Origin: Hyphomicrobiales bacterium
Lineage (GTDB): Bacteria; Pseudomonadota; Alphaproteobacteria; Rhizobiales; Aestuariivirgaceae
DNA length: 64,000 nt
Assembly (NCBI GenBank): GCA_043757845.1
Contig: JAYVOQ010000059.1
Span: forward strand, 6,267-70,266
Direction: 5' to 3'
A program made the translations under genes and the position numbers. Every line of letters begins with the position of its first letter. The first letter of the stretch is position 1. Under the pieces are notes generated by a model. It made no database searches, was not told the DNA's origin, and was given only the letters and a program-made list of their open reading frames with translations. Positions 57,084 to 64,000 of this stretch are shown here, piece by piece.

Positions 57084-60000
57084 GCCGCCAATTTCACCAA
57101 ATTCTGCAACAACAGCCGCGTCCCCTTAAGTCGCTGCGCCGCTGTGGACCATTCGCGCAGTAATACTAGGCTCATATCTGGCCGTAGTTTTGCCAGCGTG
57201 CCCTGCCCTGAAATCCACTGCACCAAGGCCGAAGGATTTGGGAATATACCTTTGCGAAATGCCACTGTTGCACCCTTGGGCCCGGCATCGACTTTTTCAA
57301 CATTGGCGCCACGGCAAAGAAGTTTGATTGAAACGATGTCCAGCAAATGGTCAACTTCCTCGGGCTTTTTGCCGAAGCGGTCATGCAGCTCTGCGGCAAA
57401 GGCATCAAGATCATTTTGATCGTGGAAATCTGAAAGGCGACGATACAGGCCCAGACGAGCTTGCAAATCTTCAACATAGCTTTCGGGGATGAGCACAGAC
57501 GTTCCGATGTTAATCGACGGCGACCATTGGCCTTCGCTTTCGGCTTCAGAGCCGCCCTCACGCATGGCAGCCACGGCTTCTTCCAACATTTGTTGGTAAA
57601 GTTCAAAGCCCACTTCACGGATATTGCCATGTTGTTCTTCGCCCAACAAATTACCTGCGCCGCGGATATCAAGGTCATGGCTGGCAAGGTTAAAACCTGC
57701 CCCTAGTGAATCGAGCGACTGCAACACTTTCAATCTTCGCTCTGCGGTGGCGGTGAGTTGTTTTCCCGAAGGCGTGGTGAACAGCGCATAAGCGCGTTGC
57801 TTAGAGCGGCCCACGCGACCGCGCAGTTGATAAAGCTGGGCGAGGCCAAACATGTCGGCGCGGTGGATGACGAGTGTGTTTGCCGTTGAAATATCCAGAC
57901 CAGATTCGACGATGGTGGTGGAGAGCAAGACGTCAAACGCGCGGTCATAAAATCCGGTCATAATGTCTTCAAGTTCAGTTGGCGGCATTCGGCCGTGGGC
58001 GGTGCGGAATTTAACTTCCGGCACCATTTCGCGCAGGAATTCCGCAATCTCGTCCAAATCAACAATGCGAGGCACAACATAGAAACTCTGGCCGCCGCGG
58101 AAATGTTCGCGTAACAGATGCTCACGCACAACAATGGGATCAAAGGGCGCGATATAAGTGCGCACAGCCAAACGATCCAGCGGTGGCGTGGTGATTAGTG
58201 ACATCTCACGAATGCCGGAAAGGGCCAGTTGCAATGTGCGTGGGATAGGTGTGGCAGAAAGCGTCAACACATGCACATTGGCACGCATTTGTTTCAGTCG
58301 TTCTTTATGCTTCACGCCGAAGTGTTGTTCTTCATCGATGATCATCAACCCAAGATCGCGGAACTTAATGCTGTTTGCCAAAAGCGCATGAGTGCCGATC
58401 ACAATGTCAACGCTGCCATCGGTAAGGCCGGTCTTGGTCAATTCCATGTCCTTGCGCGGCACTAAGCGTGACGCTTGTCCAATGCGCAAAGGCAGGCCCT
58501 TAAAACGTTCTGTAAAAGTCTTGAAGTGCTGCCGTGATAAAAGTGTTGTTGGCACAACCACGGCCACCTGCTTACCGCTATAGGCCGCAACAAAAGTGGC
58601 CCTTAACGCTACTTCGGTTTTACCGAAACCGACATCGCCGCAAATCAGGCGGTCCATCGGTTTGCCGGATTGCAAGTCATCCAGTACGGCTTCGATGGAC
58701 GTGAGTTGATCTTCCGTTTCTTCATAGGGGAAACGCGCACAGAATTCGTCAAAGGCACCCTCGGCAGGGCTGAACACGTCACCAGCACGCAGTTCACGCG
58801 CCGCAGCAGTTTTTATAAGATCACCCGCAATTTCTCTGATGCGTTGCTTAAGTTTAGATTTCTTGGCTTGCCATGCGCCTCCACCCAACCTGTCAAGCAG
58901 AACGCCATCACCTTCAGTACCATAGCGTGAGAGCAATTCGAGATTCTCAACGGGCAGAAAAAGCCTGGCGTTATCGGCATAAACCAACAGCAAACAATCA
59001 TGCGGAGCGGCTTGAACTTCGATCGTGCGCAAACCTTCAAAACGACCGATGCCATGATCAACATGCACCATTAAATCACCGGGCGAGAGTGCGGAAAGTT
59101 CTGATAGAAAATCCGCCGCCTTCTTGGCTTTGCGGGCGCGGCGCACCAATCTGTCACCCAGAATGTCTTGCTCTGAAATGATGGCAAGGCCGGGGGCTTC
59201 AAAACCTTGTTCCAATGGGAAGGTGATGATGCCAGCGATCGTGGTTTCCAGCTTCGCGGCATCTGCCCAATTGCGAAGTGTAACCAGCGGCGCAAGTTCG
59301 TGATCACGCAAAATGGTGCCAAGGCGTTCGGCTGAACCATCTGACCAACAGGCGATCAGCGTTCGCACGTGGGCTTTGCGTAGATCCTCCGTATGCAGAC
59401 GAACAGCGTCATAGATGAGGCCCTGCCCGGCACTGCGTTCAGCGGCAAAGCTTCGGCCCTGTTTGCCGCTGCAAGAAATTGCGCTGGAGCTGGGGCTGCC
59501 GAAAGGTGATTGCTCAAATAGAGTTTGGTCGGCCGCAAGTGTCTTCCACTCTTGCGGCGCAACATACAACCGATCGGGGGGTAACGGCTTATAAGGTGCG
59601 GCACCAAAGGTCTGCTTGGCCAGCGCCTCGCGCCGCGCATCGTGATATTCGCTCACTTGCTCATGGCGGGCCGTCATACTGGCTTGCGCCTCGGTTCCTA
59701 AAAACCACACGGCATTTGGCAGATAATCAAACAAGGTTTCCAGATTTGGCGAAAACAGCGGAACCCAATGTTCCATGCCTTGATAGCGTCGGCCACTGGT
59801 GATGCTTTCATAGAGGGGATCATTCAAATCCATGCCGCCAAAAGCTTGAGCGTAGGCTGTGCGAAACTGCCCAATCGTTGCAGCATTCAGAGCCACTTCA
59901 CTGGCCAGATTGAGATACAACTCTTTAATTTGGTCGGTAGAGCGTTGTGATCTGGCATCGAAGCTTCTAATGCTTTCAAGTGTCTCACCGAAGAAATCAA

Positions 60001-60556
60001 GCCGTACGGGCTGTTCGAAACCCGGCGGGAAAAGATCAATCAAGCCGCCGCGAATGGCGAAATCGCCGCTTTCAACCACCGTGCCAACACGCGAATAACC
60101 GTTGTTCGCCAGAAAAAGTTGAAGTTCATCGCCTTTAATGCGCATGCCAGGTTTGGCTACGTAAGTTGATTTTGCAATCACATCGCGCGGCAACACGCGC
60201 TGCAACACGGCGTTGACAGTCGTCAGCAAAAGAAAGGGTTGATTATAACTTTTTTGCAATGTGGACAGTGTGGCCAATCTTCGCGCAAGAATATCTGCCG
60301 AAGGAGATATGCGGTCATAAGGCAAGCAATCCCAAGCTGGGAACCTGAGGGTCTTTAGTTCAGGCGCAAAATAGGCGAGTTGCTCTTCCAACAAAGCCAT
60401 GTGAGCATCATCGCGGCACACATGAACTAAACCACGAGTTCCTGCCTGCGCGGCCATTTGCGGCAACAACAGAGCTGCCTGGCCCTCAACCAAATTCGAG
60501 AGCAAATGGTGACCGGGCCGTTTTATGTGGTGTTCAATGGTGGAAAGCAAAGTCAT
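57080..60556 (-). CDS. mfd: transcription-repair coupling factor
   Basis: 1158 aa with GDVGFGKT and DEEQHFG helicase motifs and UvrB-homology N-terminal and TRG-containing regions. Confidence 0.97.
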   Translation of the reverse strand: MTLLSTIEHHIKRPGHHLLSNLVEGQAALLLPQMAAQAGTRGLVHVCRDDAHMALLEEQLAYFAPELKTLRFPAWDCLPYDRISPSADILARRLATLSTLQKSYNQPFLLLTTVNAVLQRVLPRDVIAKSTYVAKPGMRIKGDELQLFLANNGYSRVGTVVESGDFAIRGGLIDLFPPGFEQPVRLDFFGETLESIRSFDARSQRSTDQIKELYLNLASEVALNAATIGQFRTAYAQAFGGMDLNDPLYESITSGRRYQGMEHWVPLFSPNLETLFDYLPNAVWFLGTEAQASMTARHEQVSEYHDARREALAKQTFGAAPYKPLPPDRLYVAPQEWKTLAADQTLFEQSPFGSPSSSAISCSGKQGRSFAAERSAGQGLIYDAVRLHTEDLRKAHVRTLIACWSDGSAERLGTILRDHELAPLVTLRNWADAAKLETTIAGIITFPLEQGFEAPGLAIISEQDILGDRLVRRARKAKKAADFLSELSALSPGDLMVHVDHGIGRFEGLRTIEVQAAPHDCLLLVYADNARLFLPVENLELLSRYGTEGDGVLLDRLGGGAWQAKKSKLKQRIREIAGDLIKTAAARELRAGDVFSPAEGAFDEFCARFPYEETEDQLTSIEAVLDDLQSGKPMDRLICGDVGFGKTEVALRATFVAAYSGKQVAVVVPTTLLSRQHFKTFTERFKGLPLRIGQASRLVPRKDMELTKTGLTDGSVDIVIGTHALLANSIKFRDLGLMIIDEEQHFGVKHKERLKQMRANVHVLTLSATPIPRTLQLALSGIREMSLITTPPLDRLAVRTYIAPFDPIVVREHLLREHFRGGQSFYVVPRIVDLDEIAEFLREMVPEVKFRTAHGRMPPTELEDIMTGFYDRAFDVLLSTTIVESGLDISTANTLVIHRADMFGLAQLYQLRGRVGRSKQRAYALFTTPSGKQLTATAERRLKVLQSLDSLGAGFNLASHDLDIRGAGNLLGEEQHGNIREVGFELYQQMLEEAVAAMREGGSEAESEGQWSPSINIGTSVLIPESYVEDLQARLGLYRRLSDFHDQNDLDAFAAELHDRFGKKPEEVDHLLDIVSIKLLCRGANVEKVDAGPKGATVAFRKGIFPNPSALVQWISGQGTLAKLRPDMSLVLLREWSTAAQRLKGTRLLLQNLVKLAA

Positions 60557-60822
60557 TCATTTGTCTCAGGTCTGAAGGCCAAGATATGGTCCAACATGGG
60601 ACTTGCAAGGTGTTGCGGCACAATATCTTGGTTGGTGAGCCACGCCAGCAAATCTTGGTCTGGGATGTCCAACAGAACGGCAAACTGCTCCAGTTCCGTT
60701 GCGGACATGCGTTGTAAATTCTGCACAGCAAAGCCTCCGACCACAAGGTCCATTTCCTTGATTCCACGGTGGGTAGCGCGCCATAGCAGGCGTTTGCGGA
60801 TAGTTTCGAGATCATTGGACAT
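60553..60822 (-). CDS. sdhE: succinate dehydrogenase assembly factor 2 / FAD assembly factor SdhE
   Basis: RGIKEMD (RGxxExD) motif. ATG 60822 has AAGAGG upstream; the ORF-track start 60858 is an extension. 4-nt overlap with the mfd start. Confidence 0.85.
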   Translation of the reverse strand: MSNDLETIRKRLLWRATHRGIKEMDLVVGGFAVQNLQRMSATELEQFAVLLDIPDQDLLAWLTNQDIVPQHLASPMLDHILAFRPETNE

Positions 60823-60874
60823 AGGCCGCCTCTTAAACGCGCCGCGCTTGCGCTGCAAGAATTAGACACGCTAA

Positions 60875-62992
60875 ATGGCGCAGATGCGACCAGATGTTCT
60901 CAACCCCCTATTTGCAGAACTCACCAGCCTGAAAGGCATTGGCGAGAAGTTGGGAAAATTGTTGCAGAACCTGCTGCGGGGAGCGGCGGGGCCGGCGCGA
61001 ATGGTGGATGCTTTGGTGCATTTGCCGTCGGGCGTAATTGATCGGCGCTTCCGCTGCACCATCTCACAACTACTTATACAAGGTGTTGCCACATTAGAGG
61101 TGACGATTGGCCGCCATAAGGCACCGCCGCGTGGCTCGCGCCTGCCCTACCGCGTAGAGGCGTTCGATGACACCGGGCGGATGTCACTAGTATTTTTTGC
61201 AGCCCACAGTGAGCACATGCAACGCCACTATCCTGAAGGAGAGAAACGTTTCATTTCGGGCGAGATCAATTGGTTTAATAATGAAGCACAGATGAACCAT
61301 CCGGATTATGTATTGAATGGTGATGAATTTGCAAAGATGCCACAACTTGAGCCTGTTTATCCGCTCACGGCGGGCATCACCAATAAGGTCATGCGGCGTG
61401 TTGCAACAGATGCGTTGACGCGCTTGCCGCAACTGGCTGAATGGCAAGATGCCGTTTGGTTGGCCAAACAAGGCTGGCCAACATTTTCTGAATCACTCCA
61501 AATGGCGCATCATCCGATAGCGTCTGAAATTGCACCGTTGCAAGCGCCACTGCGGCAAAGACTTGCTTATGATGAGTTGCTGGCCAATCAACTGGCATTG
61601 GTTCTGGTGCGATCGCAAATGAAACGCGAGATCGGAAGAAGCCTACATAGTAATAGTACTGGTCAGTTGCGGGAAGCGATCATCACGGCGCTGCCCTATA
61701 GCCTCACAGAGGCTCAGCAGATGGCTTTGGCTGAAATTTTAGCAGACTTGCGCTCACCTGAAAGAATGATGCGATTGTTGCAGGGCGATGTGGGTTCTGG
61801 AAAAACTGTCGTGGCCCTGTTGGCTTTGGCCACGGGTGTCGAATCGGGTGCGCAAGGCGCTCTCATGGCTCCTACTGAAATTTTGGCGCGGCAACACTTC
61901 AGCGGATTATCAAAACTTGTGGCCCACACGCGGTTACGTATGGCGCTGTTAACCGGGCGCGAAAAAGGAAAAGTGCGTGCGGAAGTTCTTGGTGCCTTGG
62001 CGTCAGGAGAGATTGATATTCTCATTGGAACTCACGCCCTTTTTCAAGAGGGCGTTACGTTTAATGACTTGGCTTTGGTCGTGATTGATGAACAACATCG
62101 TTTTGGCGTGCATCAACGCTTAGCATTGCAATCCAAGGCGAGAGGTGTTGCGGATCTATTGGTCATGACGGCAACACCTATACCGCGCACGCTGGCCCTA
62201 ACGGTTTACGGTGATATGGATGTTTCGAAGTTAACCGAAAAGCCTGCGGGGCGATTGCCAATTGATACACGGGTGATGCCAGTCAGTCGCATGGATGAGA
62301 TCATCTCTGGTCTGGCACGCAGCATTGTTGGGGGGGCGAGGGCTTATTGGGTTTGTGCCTTGGTGGAAGAAAGTGAGAAGGTGGATTTGGCAGCTGCACA
62401 GGCGAGGTTTGAAGATTTATCGCAACACTTTCCCGGTCAAGTTGGGCTGGTGCATGGACGCATGAAGGGCGCTGAGAAGGATGCTGTGATGGCGGATTTT
62501 AAAGCGGGAAAGCTTTCGCTTCTGGTTGCCACCACCGTGATTGAAGTTGGCGTTGATGTGCCTGAAGCCAGCATCATGGTGATTGAAAATGCCGAGCGCT
62601 TTGGCCTATCACAGCTGCATCAGTTACGTGGGCGCGTGGGTCGAGGCACGGCAAAATCGTCTTGCATTCTGCTCTATCAAGAGCCACTTGGCGAAACAGC
62701 ACGACAACGGCTTTCCATTATGCGCGAAACTGAAGACGGCTTTCGCATCGCTGAGGAAGATTTGAGTTTACGCGGCGCAGGCGAGATGTTGGGCACGGCG
62801 CAATCTGGTATTCCATTATTCAAGTTGGCAGATTTGTCTGTACACGGAGACTTACTGCAAGCTGCACGCGATGATGCTAGTCTGATTTTGGCGCGTGATT
62901 CTGAATTGTCATCACCGCGTGGCCAAGCTCTGCGAAACCTACTTTATTTATTTGAACGCGATGTTGCTATTAGGCTTTTGTCTTCCGGATAG
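60875..62992 (+). CDS. recG: ATP-dependent DNA helicase RecG
   Basis: GDVGSGKT and DEQHRFG motifs with a wedge domain at the N-terminus. Alternative ATG at 60884. Confidence 0.96.
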   Translation: MAQMRPDVLNPLFAELTSLKGIGEKLGKLLQNLLRGAAGPARMVDALVHLPSGVIDRRFRCTISQLLIQGVATLEVTIGRHKAPPRGSRLPYRVEAFDDTGRMSLVFFAAHSEHMQRHYPEGEKRFISGEINWFNNEAQMNHPDYVLNGDEFAKMPQLEPVYPLTAGITNKVMRRVATDALTRLPQLAEWQDAVWLAKQGWPTFSESLQMAHHPIASEIAPLQAPLRQRLAYDELLANQLALVLVRSQMKREIGRSLHSNSTGQLREAIITALPYSLTEAQQMALAEILADLRSPERMMRLLQGDVGSGKTVVALLALATGVESGAQGALMAPTEILARQHFSGLSKLVAHTRLRMALLTGREKGKVRAEVLGALASGEIDILIGTHALFQEGVTFNDLALVVIDEQHRFGVHQRLALQSKARGVADLLVMTATPIPRTLALTVYGDMDVSKLTEKPAGRLPIDTRVMPVSRMDEIISGLARSIVGGARAYWVCALVEESEKVDLAAAQARFEDLSQHFPGQVGLVHGRMKGAEKDAVMADFKAGKLSLLVATTVIEVGVDVPEASIMVIENAERFGLSQLHQLRGRVGRGTAKSSCILLYQEPLGETARQRLSIMRETEDGFRIAEEDLSLRGAGEMLGTAQSGIPLFKLADLSVHGDLLQAARDDASLILARDSELSSPRGQALRNLLYLFERDVAIRLLSSG

Positions 62993-63677
62993 ATCGTTTG
63001 GAACGCTTTGTTTCTAACGCAGACGGCAATGGTTTATCTGGAAATACCAGTCCCATCGAAATCACCAGCTTCAAGCCATCTTCGACGCTGATGTTGAGTA
63101 TCTTAACGTTGTTGCAATCGACAAAAAATACATAGCCTCCCGTTGGGTTTGGCGTGGTTGAAATATAAACGGAATACATTTTGCGCCCAGTCTCAAGGCC
63201 CACTTCTCTGCCATCAACCTCGCGTGAAATAAAAGCCGGTGACCAGATCCCTTTGCGCGGCCATTCCACCAGACATACTTGCCTGAACGACGTGCCCTGA
63301 TCTGAAAATAACGTTTCAAAAATCTGTTTCGATCCCTTGTAGAGTGACCGCACCACAGGTGTTGAATTTAAAAGTTTATCCCACAGCCCAAGTAATGTGC
63401 GACCCACAAGGTTTGCCGCAAGAAAGCCCACCAGTGTTATAAATATAATTGCAACAATAAGACCGAAACCCGGAATTTTAAACGGCAAATACGTGTCGGG
63501 AATATACGCAACGGGAATCATCGGTTTTACAAGGCTGTCAAATTTTTCGATAAACCAAAGTGTTGCCCAAAGTGTGATCGCGGCAGGTGCAATGATTACC
63601 AGACCAGTGAAAAAATAGCGCCTCAAGCGCGGAAATCTCGCAGTACGCGACGCTAGTTTTGGTTTTTCAATATTCAT
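62970..63677 (-). CDS. DUF502 domain membrane protein
   Basis: ATG 63677 (MNIEKPKL). Two N-terminal TM helices, then a conserved soluble part. Convergent 23-nt overlap with the recG 3' end. Confidence 0.7.
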   Translation of the reverse strand: MNIEKPKLASRTARFPRLRRYFFTGLVIIAPAAITLWATLWFIEKFDSLVKPMIPVAYIPDTYLPFKIPGFGLIVAIIFITLVGFLAANLVGRTLLGLWDKLLNSTPVVRSLYKGSKQIFETLFSDQGTSFRQVCLVEWPRKGIWSPAFISREVDGREVGLETGRKMYSVYISTTPNPTGGYVFFVDCNNVKILNISVEDGLKLVISMGLVFPDKPLPSALETKRSKRSIRKTKA

Positions 63678-63725
63678 AATTGTGTGATGGCAGTGTGTGG
63701 CCTGCAATTCAAGTGTTGGCGGTTG

Positions 63726-64000
63726 TTATTGACTTTGATCCGTTGGGTTTTGTTCATTCCAAACGCGGGCGCGTGCTTCTGCTTCAATGCGCGTCTCTTC
63801 TGTTGCGGCAAACCGCAATTCGGTCAACCGTTCGTGAATCTCTGGATTTTCTTCGGTGCGGACTGATTGAGCTGCTACAATATACCAAGTGAGTGCTTTG
63901 GTATCATCCTTGGGCACGATTTCGCCTTTGGCGCAGAGTTCGCCCATGTAGGCTGCGGCTTCCGCAGAGTGCTTGCGAATTGCGGCGTTCAGCCATTTCA
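63726..64000 (-). CDS. Sel1-like repeat protein, C-terminal part (5' end beyond the window)
   Basis: The frame stays open to the window end. KWLNAAIRKHSAEAAAYMGELCAKGEIVPKDDTKALTWY is a Sel1/TPR-like repeat pattern. Confidence 0.6.
   Translation of the reverse strand, partial: KWLNAAIRKHSAEAAAYMGELCAKGEIVPKDDTKALTWYIVAAQSVRTEENPEIHERLTELRFAATEETRIEAEARARVWNEQNPTDQSQ

Noticed and set aside
1-64000. Scan for CRISPR arrays, IS elements/transposases, integrases, phage genes, toxin-antitoxin pairs and known defence genes
   Set aside because: No direct-repeat/spacer arrays, no terminal inverted repeats flanking transposase-like ORFs, and no ORF with recombinase, nuclease-NTPase or abortive-infection signatures were seen. 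The XRE-family protein carries a cupin sensor domain and sits at a metabolic operon rather than next to a toxin-like gene.

Overview
The window reads as a gene-dense, highly syntenic core-chromosome segment of an alphaproteobacterium. The lineage call rests on marker families and gene orders: DUF2849/DUF934 in the sulfite reductase operon, EipB-like DUF1849, DUF983, sdhE between mfd and recG, dgt-argS-SPOR-nagZ-scpAB, pyrB-pyrC'-plsY-dprA and homospermidine synthase. Almost all of it is housekeeping: a sulfur assimilation block (XRE-cupin regulator, cysG-like, DUF2849, cysI, DUF934, cysH, tauE, metZ, rhodanese), dimethylglycine/sarcosine dehydrogenase-like enzyme, 1-Cys peroxiredoxin, gatCA, pyrB, plsY, dprA, topA, rnr, rpmG, scpAB, nagZ, argS, dGTPase, erpA, xthA, phasin, two S11 carboxypeptidases, clpSA, parE, mfd, sdhE and recG. 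I found no CRISPR array, tRNA/rRNA gene, transposase, integrase, phage gene or recognisable defence island. Packing is very tight, with many 1-23 nt overlaps, including convergent stop-stop overlaps. That tightness makes the few long spacers stand out. The observations I rate highest are listed below.
- A near-identical palindromic box (CGTTC-N8-GAACGAAAT) occurs at two promoters: the XRE-cupin/cys-operon divergent promoter and the peroxiredoxin promoter.
- A 437-bp convergent spacer after rpmG carries several strong hairpins and may encode an sRNA.
- The nagZ-scpA spacer holds two long perfect palindromes, one with parS-like arms.
- ridA, a GDPD gene, a DUF482 gene and a HIT gene form a tightly packed module of unknown joint function.
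- A decayed second copy of the HIT 3' end brackets the VOC gene.
- A small secreted-protein gene carries an in-frame TGA followed by coding-like sequence.
- A CDF transporter has three tandem cytoplasmic domains.
- The pyrC next to pyrB is catalytically degenerate (PyrC'-like).
Everything here is hand analysis of the sequence. Family names come from recognised motifs, not database searches.
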